Positions 1 to 11,263 are shown, numbered from the stretch's first letter. The stretch is 64,000 bases of DNA from Candidatus Dadabacteria bacterium (GCA_963805855.1 CAWDVW010000005.1:160001-224000); one strand, 5' to 3'. Made by a program: numbers and translations. The notes: generated by a model from the sequence alone, not told the origin.

Positions 1-1741
1 AGGCTTCTCCAAATCACAACCCAAACTAAGCCTTGCCACGTTCACTGCGTTATCAGATCCTGTGATACGGAGAAATTGCTGATATCTCGGAAGAAACTCT
101 CTTCCTTCTTTCTTAAACATACGAATAGAGCCCACGACTTAACAGATAGCCAAACGTGTAGGGAAAGTTATAAAATGTCACTCCAGTAATGTAGAAGTGA
201 AGTTTCGATGCCCAGAAATAGGGGTCCACCCCCCTTTTTCAAGTACTTCTCCAAATACGCACCTTTGAGTTTCACTCATCAAATCCTTAAGATCGCTCAC
301 ACTAAGTTCGCCATTTTTGCGTTCCTCATAAAGTGATTTTTCAAATTCATAGCGCACCGGAATATCCATCAAGTATATCGCTCCGTGGTTTATTTCCATA
401 TCCAGCATCAAAGCCTTGAGATCTGAACCTATAGAAGTGTCCTCAAGCAACGCATTGGTAAGGATCATCTCTCCAAATGTCGAGGCCGATTCGGCAAGGG
501 TCATGGGATAGTTTCTTGCGTAGGGACGAAGGTCCCTCATTACGTGGCTGTGGAATGCGTGTCCGGCTTCGTGGGCCAGTGTCATGACATCTCCGATTGA
601 ATCGTTGAAGGTCATGAAGATTCTTGATTCATTATTGAGTAAAGAGCCCGTGCAGAATCCTCCGGGTCGTTTGCCCGAGCGTGGTTCCCATTCGACCCAA
701 TTACTGTCGAATACCATCTGGACAAAATCACCAAGTTTAGGATATGTTGTGGCGAATGAATCTTTTACTAGTGACTTCCCCCTTTCCCAGGAGATACTAT
801 CCATATTCGGTATCTCTAGCGGAGCGCCGAGGTCATACCATGCTATCCCCTCGGTATTCATTGTCTTTGACTTGAGTCGGAGTATTTGTCTGGGGATTTC
901 TAATTCTGAGAATATTGCCTCAATCATAGAATCGAGCGCCTTGCGAGTTATGCAGGATTGAAACAGCGCAACATCCAGGAAGTGGTCTATCCCTCGATAG
1001 CGATTGAGGGTAAGTCGTGTACCTGAAATGGCATTCAGGGCCGCAGCCATTACGTCTTCAACACCTCCCCAGGCATCGTTCCCCCTATAAAAAGCGGCTC
1101 TCCGGATTCGACGGTCCGGATTCTCCATAAGCGAACGCCTCTGGGAAATGGGAAGCCTCTTTATCATACCGTCCGGATATATCATCTCGAACTCTAACTT
1201 TCCGGTGACAGTATCATAGAGACGGCCCCAGGCGCCTATGCCATCTACTCCAAGATCGGTAGCAAGCCTCTCCTTATCGGGCGCCATCCTCATATGTGAT
1301 TCTTCGCGAAGGCGTTTTAGATAGTAAGAGCGTCCTGCAAGCTATCACTATCGATGAAAGAGTAAAATATCCCGTCTGGAGTGATCCTTTATCGATCTTA
1401 AAATCTCGATTTTAAGCTTTGAAAATTCGGCCCCCATGACCGCCAGGTCAGCTTCTTCCTTTAGATATGCTTCATTATTTGCATCACAGGCAGAAAGGCA
1501 GCCTATGTACGAGCTGAGATGAGAAAAACGTTTTACCAGGTTCTCGTTCATCAACAAAACCTCTTCCCACTCGGCCTTGTTTGAATCATCTAACGAAGAC
1601 AAAGATGCAGACTTTTTCCTTGAGCGATTCGATGTCTTTCTTCAGTCTATCCTTGAAATCCCTCATTTCAGGACCATTGAACTCAGGGAAGTAGCTGGAA
1701 AGATCCCAATTCATTTGAGTTGTCATATTTGCTTCAGCCAT
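1..1741 (-). CDS. pepF: M3B family oligoendopeptidase F, frameshifted, runs off the left edge
   Basis: Consecutive ORF pieces give N-terminal MNWDLSSYFPEF, GKRPGGFC, zinc motif HEAGHAFH, LAESASTFGE and C-terminal WASKLHFY..FYNFPYTFGYL. Frame breaks near 1600, 1335-1370, 230 and 122 (assembly errors or pseudogene). Confidence 0.9.
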
Positions 1742-1763
1742 AATCTCTTTCCTTTCCTTATTT

Positions 1764-1788
1764 GTAGGGGCGTTCAATTGAACGCCCC
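1764..1788 (+). repeat. GTAG-type REP palindrome
   Basis: GTAGGGGCGTTCAATTGAACGCCCC: GTAG foot overlapping a perfect palindrome. Similar elements at 2077-2099, 51434-51455 and 51480-51502. Confidence 0.75.
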
Positions 1789-2076
1789 AAATAATCAATT
1801 GTAGATTATACCGTTAAACCCCAGATCTTCGAGAGGTGGGAAAGAAATCGGCATGGGTTTTAAGCGCCGCATCCAACCGCGAATAGACATGTAGTGGAAG
1901 GTTTAAATCTTTCAGTTTTCGATACTCAAAGCTTATTAAAGCCGACCGTTCGCCCTGAGCTGAGTCGAAGGACGTTAGTAACATGAAGTCCGTTACTATA
2001 CTTTCATTATATGATCAACAAAAAGGGTGCTTCTCCCGCCTTTGGATCAGAGCGGCGCCCAGCTCGGAATACACAC

Positions 2077-2099
2077 GTAGCGGAGGACTTCAGTCCTCC
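2077..2099 (+). repeat. GTAG-type REP palindrome
   Basis: GTAGCGGAGGACTTCAGTCCTCC; near-identical to 51434-51455. Confidence 0.7.
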
Positions 2100-2315
2100 A
2101 CTTATATTCTAACTAATAATAAGAATAGAAATGTCTATATCGTGAAGAGAAAAGCATCGACTGATGAGTTTAAAAAGTAGGCTAGGATAGAAGAACAAGT
2201 AAAGGTAATAAGTACATATACATATTTGAGATCGACTTTTCCCTAAGGATATAACTTGTATAAATAAAGTCTAGTGCTAGAAATATCCCTAAGGGTATTG
2301 TGTCCCCTTTATTTT

Positions 2316-2426
2316 TTATAATATCGGTATCCATCGCTGTACATTGACAATATCTTGATATTTCATTAACCCTCCTTTGGTTAATTCATTTTACCAATAG
2401 CGTGACCTAATTACTGAGCATCTACT
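2316..2426 (-). mobile_element. Remnant left end of an IS481-family element
   Basis: Reverse complement aligns with 14895-15003 (IR 23/25 identical). It encodes MKYQDIVNVQRWIPIL*, versus MRHRDIVIVKRWIPIL in the intact transposase. Confidence 0.9.
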
Positions 2427-2478
2427 TATGTCCCTATTTTTTATTTTCTCAAATTCTACTCAATACTCAATCTAGTAG

Positions 2479-2526
2479 TTGACAATATTTTGACTATATA
2501 TTATAATCAACCATATGGTTGATTAT
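2479..2526 (+). promoter_or_regulatory. Consensus sigma-70 promoter with overlapping ArsR-type operator (leaderless gene)
   Basis: TTGACA (2479-2484) -17 bp- TATAAT (2502-2507). The perfect 24-bp palindrome ATAATCAACCATATGGTTGATTAT (2503-2526) spans the ATG at 2515. Confidence 0.85.
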
Positions 2527-2859
2527 CAAGCAAAAAAGCTTGACGCTGTTTTCCACGCTCTGGCTAACCCGGCAAGAAGAAACATAGTTATGCAATTGGT
2601 CCTACGGGACCTTACTGTTAATCAGCTTGCCGAGAAGCATGACATGACTCTGCAAGCAGTGTCTAAACATATTCATGTGCTTGTAAGGTCAGGTTTAGTG
2701 GAGCAGACAAAACTAGGTCGAATCAGGCGATGTAGGGTTAAGATAGAATCTTTTAAGATGGTTTCTGATTTAGTAGAAGAGTGTCGAGAAACCTGGGAGA
2801 AGAGATTAGACCACCTAGAGGCATATTTCGGTAAGAAACAAGTGAGGAGGAAGAAGTAA
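2515..2859 (+). CDS. ArsR/SmtB family transcriptional regulator
   Basis: LDAVFHALANPARRNI...QAVSKHIHVL..SGLV winged HTH; typical partner of SRPBCC genes. Confidence 0.92.
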   Translation: MVDYQAKKLDAVFHALANPARRNIVMQLVLRDLTVNQLAEKHDMTLQAVSKHIHVLVRSGLVEQTKLGRIRRCRVKIESFKMVSDLVEECRETWEKRLDHLEAYFGKKQVRRKK

Positions 2860-3290
2860 TGGGGGAAAAACAAGTAGTTATTAAAAGAATAATTAAGGCT
2901 CCTCGAGGAAAGGTTTTTAATGCCTTTTCTGATCCGGAGATTATGCGTAAATGGTTTTTCCCTGAAGAAGATTGGACCGCTGACATAACTAACGAATTTA
3001 AAATTGGGGGAAGTTATAGTATTAAAATGAATGCGCCGAATGGTGATGTTTACACTCACACAGGGGAATATCGAGTGATCAACCCCCCAGAAAAAATAGT
3101 GTTTACTTGGAATTCTCCTTTAGTCCAAAACACATTGGTAACAGTTACGTTTCAGGAGATGGGTAAGGATACGGAGATTACACTTACTCACGATCTCTTT
3201 CCGACTAAAGAAGTACGTGACAAACATGAACATGGATGGAGGGGTTGCTTAAACAATCTTGAAAAAATTATTCAGTTGAGGGGGACCTAA
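2859..3290 (+). CDS. SRPBCC/AHSA1 domain protein
   Basis: R.IKAPRGKVFNAFSDPE..RKWF...GEYRVINPPEKIVFTW...HEHGW; TAATG coupling with ArsR. Confidence 0.9.
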   Translation: MGEKQVVIKRIIKAPRGKVFNAFSDPEIMRKWFFPEEDWTADITNEFKIGGSYSIKMNAPNGDVYTHTGEYRVINPPEKIVFTWNSPLVQNTLVTVTFQEMGKDTEITLTHDLFPTKEVRDKHEHGWRGCLNNLEKIIQLRGT

Positions 3291-3295
3291 CGATT

Positions 3296-3733
3296 ATGGC
3301 GGATATAAAACACTTACTCGAAATTAACGCAACTAAAGAGAAAGTTTATAAAGCCATAACAACACAAAATGGCTTGGCTAACTGGTGGACACAGGATGTT
3401 GCTGCTAAACGCGAGGTAGGAAGCATAGCCAAGTTTCGTTTTAACGGCATTTTTAGTGCTGATTTGAAAGTCACCGCACTCGAAGAAAACAGAGTTATTA
3501 AGTGGGAATGCGTAGACAGCAGTGAAGAAGAGTGGGTAAAAACTGATTTTACGTTTAGTTTGGAAGATAGCGAGTCAGGCACATTGCTTCGTTTTGCCCA
3601 TGACAACTGGTGGAAAGGCATGACTGATGCATTTCAGCGTTCTAATTTTCTTTGGGGGTATTATTTGCAAAGTTTAAAAGAATACTGCGAGTTGGGTCGT
3701 GGTAGACCTTATGGGCAACCAAGCAATATATAG
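3296..3733 (+). CDS. SRPBCC/AHSA1 domain protein
   Basis: I.ATKEKVYKAITTQNGLANWWT...LRFAHDNW...WGYYLQSLKEYCELGRGRP. Confidence 0.9.
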   Translation: MADIKHLLEINATKEKVYKAITTQNGLANWWTQDVAAKREVGSIAKFRFNGIFSADLKVTALEENRVIKWECVDSSEEEWVKTDFTFSLEDSESGTLLRFAHDNWWKGMTDAFQRSNFLWGYYLQSLKEYCELGRGRPYGQPSNI

Positions 3734-3758
3734 AGTTTAACATTGATGGAAGGTCAAA

Positions 3759-4433
3759 ATGAGTGTTCTTGCAGCTCATGATTGGAAATTTAAGAAAGCA
3801 AATGTTGTAGAACAGGGAATGGAAGCAGCGGCAAAATATACAAAGAAGCTCAAAGGTTTCGATTGTGCTTCAGAGCTCTCAATGTGGTTACGCTCTTGGC
3901 AAGACCTTAACCGCTATTTTCACATCCCCGTTTTCAAAGATGTAGAAGCAATGGAGCAGGTGTTTAATGCCGATGAAACAAAGGAATTTGCAGATATGCT
4001 CTATCCATTAGTGAGCGATGAAGGCGTGAAGCAACCCAAATGTAGTGTCATACTTTCAAGTGGAGGTGGCATACCTGAAGTTAAACAGGGAGAGATTCAC
4101 GGTGCTTGCGTCATAAACGACTTTTCATTTTCTGCTGATGGTAATATTAGTGCCGGAATGGAGGCTGCGGCAAAGTATGTTGATCAACTCAGAAACCACG
4201 ATGAAGTTCTGCTTTCAATTTGGGCGAGAGATCAGGAGCAAAAGCGACGATTCTTTCATATAATTGTTTTTCGTGACGAGGCAAGTTCTGCGGCTGCCCG
4301 CCGATGGAGAGAGACCGGAGAGTTTGCCAATGTGCTCTATCAGGAGGTTGACTGGGACAGCGTAGAGCAAAGTTGGTCGGACATTGTGTTATCGAGTGGT
4401 GGCAAGATGCCTTACATCGCTCTCAATCTATAG
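3759..4433 (+). CDS. Hypothetical protein with two tandem homologous domains (possibly ABM-like dimeric alpha+beta barrel)
   Basis: Internal duplication: GMEAAAKY...FHI.VF.D...ET.EFA..LY..V......Q.....LSSGG..P occurs twice. Confidence 0.75.
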   Translation: MSVLAAHDWKFKKANVVEQGMEAAAKYTKKLKGFDCASELSMWLRSWQDLNRYFHIPVFKDVEAMEQVFNADETKEFADMLYPLVSDEGVKQPKCSVILSSGGGIPEVKQGEIHGACVINDFSFSADGNISAGMEAAAKYVDQLRNHDEVLLSIWARDQEQKRRFFHIIVFRDEASSAAARRWRETGEFANVLYQEVDWDSVEQSWSDIVLSSGGKMPYIALNL

Positions 4434-4745
4434 TAGCTAACATGGATACTAATAAAGGCGGTAGTTCAAGGGAATCATGGCTTGACTTGTGCATGACAAA
4501 AAGGAGAAAGGAATAACAAATATAAAAAGCTGTGGGGTCAGTCCTAAACCTTATATCCATTTAATATGTTAAACTAATGAAAAAGGCTGGTGAACTCCTC
4601 TTGAAAAATGCATTCTAGCAGCCTTTTTTTTAATGCCAGATATAGATATATACTGTTCCATAATGTTTCCCATACCATATATTGAATTGAACTTAGACTT
4701 GTTAGAGAATGGGGATTAAATGGATTGTCCTAAAACACGCCAGAT

Positions 4746-6312
4746 ATGGGGACAACGATCACGACGGAGGTAATTATCATAGGGGCGGGTCCGACAGGGC
4801 TTTCCCTGGCGTGTCAGTTAATCAGATACGCCGTCGATTTCGTTATTCTCGACCAGAAGAAAACAATCACGCCGTATTCAAAGGCGATCGGTGTTCAGGC
4901 GCGGACGCTGGAGATTTACGAGCAAATCAATCTGGCAGACAAATTGATTCAGCAGGGTTGGATCACGGAAAAGGCGCGTTTTGTCGTGGGCGCCGAAGTG
5001 CGCGGCGAAGTGGAACTCTCGAAAATCGGCGAAGGAATGAGTCCTTACCCGTTTCTGCTCCTCGTGGAACAAGGAAAGCACGAAAAGGTTTTGTATGATT
5101 ACATCAAAGAAAACGGGAAAGACGTATCGTGGGACACCAAACTTGAAGGTTTTTCGCAAGATGAAACCGGCGTGCGAGCGAAGGTTAAAACCGCAACAGG
5201 CGAAACTGAAACAATCGAGGCGACATTTCTTGTCGGCTGCGACGGCGCTAAAAGTGCCGGTTCGCAACATGCTCGGTTTGACATTTGAAGGAAGCACGTT
5301 CGAGCGTATGTTTTACGTTGCCGACGCCGAGATTGATTGGAAATTCACCCACGAGGCATTATACGTTTGCCTCGCCAAGAAAGCGCTGACCGCGTTTTTC
5401 CCGATGGTCGGAAAAAACCATTACCGCATCGTCGGTACCTTTCCCGAAGGTCATGAAAAGGACGAGGGCGAGATTTTATACGAGGAAATCGAACAACAAT
5501 TCAAAGAAGATACCGAACTGGAACTCGGTATAGCGGATGTTAATTGGTTTTCCGCCTATAAGGTTCACACACGCCACGTCAATAAATTTTCCGTCGGCAG
5601 ATGTTTTCTTGCGGGCGACGCTGCACATATCCATACGCCTGCCGGAGCGCAGGGCATGAACACGGGCATCCAGGACGGCTACAATCTCGCCTGGAAGATT
5701 TGGTTGGTTTTGCGAGAAAAGGGAAACGAAAATATTTTGGAATCGTACAACGAAGAACGGCTCAGAAACGCGAAAAATTTGCTGAGAACGACCGACCTGC
5801 TTTTTAACCTCGGCGCCAGCCCCGATATATTTCTCTCCTATTTCCGGATTCATATATTCCCGTATATCGTAGGTTTTGCTTTGAATTTCGATACGATTAA
5901 AAGGTTTATCTTCCCGCGCATCTCGCAAATCGGCATCAATTACCGAACAAGTTCACTAAGTGAAAACAACGCAGATTGTTCGGTCAAACCGGGCGACCGA
6001 ATGCCGTATTTCACGGTTGAGGGCAAAAGTATTTACGACCGGTTGCGCCAGCCGAAATTTCATCTTATTGCCTTCTTGGAGACACCAGGCGATTTTCCAG
6101 CGTTGAAAACAGAACTTGAGAACCAAAATGCCGAATCCATTGATTTCAACTTCATCCCGCTTAATCCGCAAGTCGCAGAAGTCTTTGGCACAAACAGTTC
6201 TTTTAATGTGCTGTTAAGACCGGATAACTATATTGGATTTATCTCGAAAGGAACTTCGCTTAGGAACCTGAGAGTCTACTTAAACAAGTTTGTCAAACAA
6301 ACAATAATTTGA
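4746..6312 (+). CDS. FAD-dependent monooxygenase (PheA/TfdB-like, FAD_binding_3), frameshift near 5250
   Basis: GAGPTGLSLA, LVGCDGA, FLAGDAAHIHTPAGAQGMNTGIQDGYNLAWK and C-terminal LLRPDNYIG, split over two overlapping ORFs. Confidence 0.9.
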
Positions 6313-6540
6313 CATAGATAATAGCGGGTCGCGTCGTCACGATTGACAAATAATCAAAACGCATCCTTAGCTAAACAAAAACAGGGAATTATGTCCCTAT
6401 CTTAATCTATTAAATTCTTGCTGCGAGTGAAAAAATTCCAGGGGATTATTTCATATAAAGATAAGCTTACTATATGCAGTTATAGATGCGGAAATAGAGC
6501 CTGAGCTTTCTTTTCTACCATTCCAATGTTTCTTCACTCA

Positions 6541-6966
6541 TCAGCTTTGTAATTTCGCATCCATCGTAATCTTCGCATTCAAAAGGCGGGAAATCGGACA
6601 TCCCTCTTTTGCATTTTTGGCTGCCGTTTCAAAGGCCGACTGGTCTGCCCCCGGAATCTTGGCGGTAACGTCAAGATGAATTTCAGTCACCGTCCAGCCG
6701 GCTTCCAGCTTTTCCATCGTAAGCGTGGCAGCGGTATTTATGCTCTCGGCAACCATACCGGCGTTGGCAAGTTGTGCGGAGAGCGCCATCGAGAAGCAAC
6801 CGGCATGGGCTGCCGCTACTAGTTCTTCCGGATTTGTACCGGCTCCATCTTCAAAGCGTGTGCTGAAGGAATATTGAGTGTCTGATAAAACACCGCTAGC
6901 GGTCGAGATTGCTCCCTTACCGCTTTTAAGATCACCATTCCAAACTGCCGAAGCCTTTCGTTTCAT
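6541..6966 (-). CDS. osmC: OsmC family peroxiredoxin
   Basis: A.WNGDLKSGKG...YSFSTRFEDGAGTNPEELVAAAHAGCFSMALS...AKEGCPISR. Confidence 0.93.
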   Translation of the reverse strand: MKRKASAVWNGDLKSGKGAISTASGVLSDTQYSFSTRFEDGAGTNPEELVAAAHAGCFSMALSAQLANAGMVAESINTAATLTMEKLEAGWTVTEIHLDVTAKIPGADQSAFETAAKNAKEGCPISRLLNAKITMDAKLQS

Positions 6967-7011
6967 GATTACCTCCTTGGTTTTTCTGTTGATTCGGATT
7001 TTTTCATTATA

Positions 7012-8019
7012 TCAGAGTCGAATAACCACTTTCCCAAAGTGTGCGCCGCTTTCCATGTGGCCAAATGCCTCCTTAGTCTCTTCAAACGAAAACACGCGAT
7101 CAATCACCGGATGAAGTTGATTGAAAGTGATTGCACTATTCATTGCTTCAAACATCTCACGAGAGCCCACATATATGCCCTGGATGCGAATATTCTTCAT
7201 CACCGCAGGTAATGGGTTGGCTTCTCCTGCTCCGGTAAGCACCCCAATCAGGCTGATATGTCCTCCCATACGCACCGCGCGGAGTGATTTTGGCAGGGTT
7301 CCCGCGCCGCCGACTTCAACCACATGATCTACGCCCCTCCTGCCGGTTATCTCCAGTACCTTCTTCTCCCAGTCCGGCACTGATTTGTAGTTTATGACAT
7401 CCGATGCACCCAACTCTTTAACCCGCTTCAGTTTCTCATCGCTGCTAGATGTAGCAATCACCCTTGCGCCAGAAATCTTCGCGAACTGTAGCGCAAAGAT
7501 GGAAACCCCTCCCGTGCCAAGCACCAGCACCGTATCGCCAGGCTTCAGGCCCCCGGACGTGATCAGCCCATTCCACGCAGTTACCGCCGCGCAGGGCAGT
7601 GTCGCTGCCTCTTCGTATGACAGATGCTCCGGTACCCGCACCAATCCGTCCTCCTGGAATAAAACGTATTCAGCGAGAACACCGTCAATAGCTCCGCCCA
7701 AAGCCGACTTCGCTTTACCCTCATCCAGCTCCCCGGATATCCAGGTCTGCATGAAGATACCGGCGACCCGGTCTCCCGGTTTTACCCGTGTTACGCCCTC
7801 TCCGATTTCGACAACCTCGCCCGCGCCGTCAGAGCAAGGGACGAGGCCCGGAGGAAGGTTTCGGCTATAGGCTCCCTTAACGACCAGCAAATCGCGGAAG
7901 TTAAGCGATGCTGCTTTTATCTTCACCAGTGCCTGTCCGTAGCTAGGCTTCGGGTCCGGGCGCTCGGCAAGTGCCAGGGAGTCAATACCGGATGGTTGTT
8001 TTATTTCAAAGGCCTTCAT
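7012..8019 (-). CDS. NAD(P)-dependent alcohol dehydrogenase (MDR family)
   Basis: AASLNFRD, VPCSDGAGEV, LPCAAVTAWN, GTGGVSIFALQFA, HFGKVVI. Start set at MKAF after an AGGAGG RBS. Confidence 0.92.
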   Translation of the reverse strand: MKAFEIKQPSGIDSLALAERPDPKPSYGQALVKIKAASLNFRDLLVVKGAYSRNLPPGLVPCSDGAGEVVEIGEGVTRVKPGDRVAGIFMQTWISGELDEGKAKSALGGAIDGVLAEYVLFQEDGLVRVPEHLSYEEAATLPCAAVTAWNGLITSGGLKPGDTVLVLGTGGVSIFALQFAKISGARVIATSSSDEKLKRVKELGASDVINYKSVPDWEKKVLEITGRRGVDHVVEVGGAGTLPKSLRAVRMGGHISLIGVLTGAGEANPLPAVMKNIRIQGIYVGSREMFEAMNSAITFNQLHPVIDRVFSFEETKEAFGHMESGAHFGKVVIRL

Positions 8020-8180
8020 GATTACCTCCTGTGAATTCAATCGAGAATCAAGATAATAACTTGTTTATACCTTATTACTAGTTTGGGAAGACCTGCCCGG
8101 ATCAATCCAAGTCGCAAATAATTATTGAATAAGTTGTCGCCTATTTAGTTTTACAAGCGAAACCATCTTCGTGTTAAGGA

Positions 8181-8206
8181 AGAAAAGGGACATCAGTCCC
8201 TTTTCT
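8181..8206. terminator. Putative intrinsic terminator
   Basis: AGAAAAGGGAC-ATCA-GTCCCTTTTCT hairpin just downstream of the 8224-8664 gene. Confidence 0.55.
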
Positions 8207-8223
8207 TTGGGTGACGGTTATCA

Positions 8224-8664
8224 TCAACTCTTTGGAATATCACCACAAGCCACATAGGTTGAGATCTCCTTTTCTGACTTGTGGACGTTTATCGCATAGT
8301 CTCCGGCCGTAAGATCGCTAAGTTTAGCGTCTATGGTTGTCTCAGAGTTACCATTCTTAACCGCTTCTAGCGGATACTTTGGCCCTCCCAGGTTTTCACA
8401 AGTCCCCTGGTGAATATGTGCCGGTTGGGCAACACCCTCGGGGGCGCCAGTCAGGTTTATAACGACTTTTGTCTTGCCGTCCACAGGTGTCAATGTAGCT
8501 TTGCCAGATTCGCCAGAGTTATTCAGGGCTTTGAACTCCACGGTTACAGCCTCAGATGCTGTGGCTTCCTCGCCCGCAGCTTTACTATAGCTAAATGAGA
8601 CTACAAGCATAAAGACACCTACAGATAACCAAACAATTGTTTTTAACGAATTAAAGTCTCTCAT
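8224..8664 (-). CDS. Exported CHRD/Cu-Zn-SOD-like fold protein
   Basis: Signal peptide; QPAHIHQGTC, YAINVHKS and YVACGDI motifs. Confidence 0.75.
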   Translation of the reverse strand: MRDFNSLKTIVWLSVGVFMLVVSFSYSKAAGEEATASEAVTVEFKALNNSGESGKATLTPVDGKTKVVINLTGAPEGVAQPAHIHQGTCENLGGPKYPLEAVKNGNSETTIDAKLSDLTAGDYAINVHKSEKEISTYVACGDIPKS

Positions 8665-8753
8665 CGGTGACTACCTCCTTAGACTATATATAATCATAGC
8701 CAATCCTGTTTAGCAAATTCAAACACTGTAAAAAAGGGGGAGCAGGCGCCGCA

Positions 8754-9353
8754 TTGGTACCGATGTTGCTTTCATACGCGCTAACGTCTCCGTTTTCAGG
8801 GAAAGTCTACAACTCCCTGGGCGCGAAGATGTCCATATTTATAGGAATGCTATTAACCGCCATTGGAACGTTTTGTATCATAATTTTCGGATTTGAAACC
8901 AGTTATGTATTAATGTGTCTGGCTTCGATAGTGGGCGGTATTGGTTTAGGCATCGCAAATCCGAGTATTACTACAGCCGCAATCGGATCGGTTAAAGAAT
9001 CAAGGGCGAGTTTGGCGGGGGGAATAGTCTTCATGTTTCAACTGTCGGGAGCAGCGCTTGGTCTGGCGGTTATAACAACCATATTTATCGATACTGCAAT
9101 AGTCGATTTTCTTGAAAGGATCTCTCATCTTGATTTAAGCCTATCAGCTACCGATGTCGGTAGTATAAAATCCTTTATGTTAGGAAGCAGCTCAGAGCAA
9201 ATTTTAGAAAGAGATGTTGGTAGCTCCATGCTAAATAAATTGATACCTCATATAAGGGGTTCCTACGTTCAGGGTTTGAAAATCGGATTGGGTGTCTCAG
9301 GCGTGCTTGCATTATTTGGAGCCCTGCTGGCCTTTGTTTTTTCAAAAAAATGA
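8754..9353 (+). pseudogene. 3' fragment of an MFS (DHA2/EmrB-like) transporter
   Basis: Only C-terminal TM helices (GIGLGIANPSITTAAIGSV...LAGGI..MFQLSGAALGLAV). The N-terminal half is absent upstream. Confidence 0.75.
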
Positions 9354-9788
9354 AAATGGGGTCAGGCCAACAATTGAATTTTTCCAAAAGCATATTTGAG
9401 ACAGACAACTATAATTTTTAGATCTTAGTCTACAACTATTGACTTATTATACTGGCTTGATCTATAATGAGGAAAGTAGATAAATAGGTGGAAGACTAAG
9501 ATATTCATCCTTAACCGATTGATGGCAAGTTACATTGATAATGAGAGCTTAATATTGAGTGCATAGTGGAATTCTATGTAAAGATCTAAAGGTCATAGTT
9601 CTACAATAAACTAATGTGTAAAAAAACATACACTTATCTACAGATGATTCAATCCCGCGACACAGCGGCGATGTATATATTCCATAATCAATGTTACTTC
9701 ACTTCATTCCTCTCAACTACTCCTGAAAGATCGAACGCATCCTAAAGCGTCCTAAGGCTTATTAGGTTTTAAAAAATTGAGGTGGGGT

Positions 9789-11260
9789 ATGAAGAGTAAG
9801 CGGATACTCATTATTGAGGATCGAAAAACCACAGTCGAGGACATTCGGGAGAATTTGCTGAGTTCAGGATATGATGTGACCGCGGTGGTCTCTTCGTAGA
9901 AGAAGCCGTCAAAAACGCTGAGGAGACGCCGCCCGATTTGGTTCTTGTTGATAATGGGCTCAATGGTAATCCTTATGGACTGGAAGCTGCGCAAGAGCTG
10001 ACGAGGTCGTTTCGATATTCCCGTTGTATTCACCACTGCCGATGCGGATGATAATGCGCTTCAACAAGCAAAGTCAGCAGAGCCTTCTGGTTTTATCTTC
10101 AAACCTCTAAAAGAGGAAGAACTAAAGTTTGCCATTGAAATTGCTATCTACAAACATAAATTGGAAAAGAAGATAAGAGAAACAGCGAGCTGGCTTAATT
10201 CAACGCTAAAGAGTATGGGAGACGCAGTCATCACTACGGATACAAACTCACGTGTTACATTTATGAATCCTGTTGCCGAGGAGCTGACTCGGCTGGAAGC
10301 GAAAAGATGCTTTGGGGAGAGATTTAAAGCAGATTATGATGGTAGATAAAAATTCCCAAAAGCAACTAGAGAGTTCTGTCATAAAGTCGCTCAGCGAGGA
10401 AAATGAAGAAAGTGCGGCAGGAATTCACAACTACTCTCTTATTGCAAAAGACCAAAAAGTAACAACCGTTTCACTTGCCGTGTCACCCATCAGGGATGAG
10501 GAAGTTAAGGTAGTTGGCGCCGTGCTGGTATTCCGCGAACTAAGCCAACAAAAGGGCGATGGAACATTGCGGGATAAGGAAGGATGCCCAAAGCCGTTCA
10601 GGCGCCGAAAGGGGGATCATTCCAATCAGTATTATAGTAGCTTCTCAATCATGCTTTGTTAAAGAAGGAATCCGTAAAACTGTAGAAATTGAAAATGATA
10701 TTGAAGTCATAGGAGAGGCCTCCAGCCTGCCTGAACTCCTTTCGCTTACCAAGGAGAAAAACCCGGATATATTATGTATTGACACGTCACTGAGCGATCT
10801 TGATTTGATGATAATTCAGCAATCAATAGCTGAAAATAATGGAGATACAAAGATACTTCTTTTGCTCCACAGCCTTGATGATGAGTTCATCACAAGAGCT
10901 ATGTACCTGGGCATTCACGGGTATATAAAAGACACATCGAATCCTGAGGTGTTGCTAAGAGCTATCAGGGCAGTAAACAATGATGAGATTTGGGCAGAAA
11001 GGGATATATTGACAAGAATCTTAAGACGGTTTACAGGCGAAAGAAATGATAATCTGGTACTCTTGATATCCAGGCTCACAATTAGAGAGAAGGAGATCTT
11101 TAAGCTTCTAGCTCAGGGCAACAGCAACAAACAGATTGCTAAGAAGCTATCAATAAGCAGGAACACAGTAAGAAATCATATATCAAACATATTTCAGAAA
11201 CTTGGCGTCAGTAATAGGCTTCAGATCGGATCTAACCTATTTCCTACCGATTTAAAATAA
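9789..11260 (+). CDS. Multidomain response regulator REC-PAS-REC-LuxR HTH, several frameshifts
   Basis: MKSKRILIIED..; AEPSGFIFKP; LKSMGDAVITTD..RVTFMNPVAEELT (PAS); second REC; LTIREKEIFKLLAQGNSNKQIAKKLSISRNTVRNHISNIFQKL. Confidence 0.8.
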
Positions 11261-11263
11261 AAA

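Noticed and set aside
2341-2390. Second copy of the ArsR promoter/operator (TTGACAATATCTTGA...)
   Set aside because: Better explained as the reverse complement of the IS481 transposase 5' remnant.
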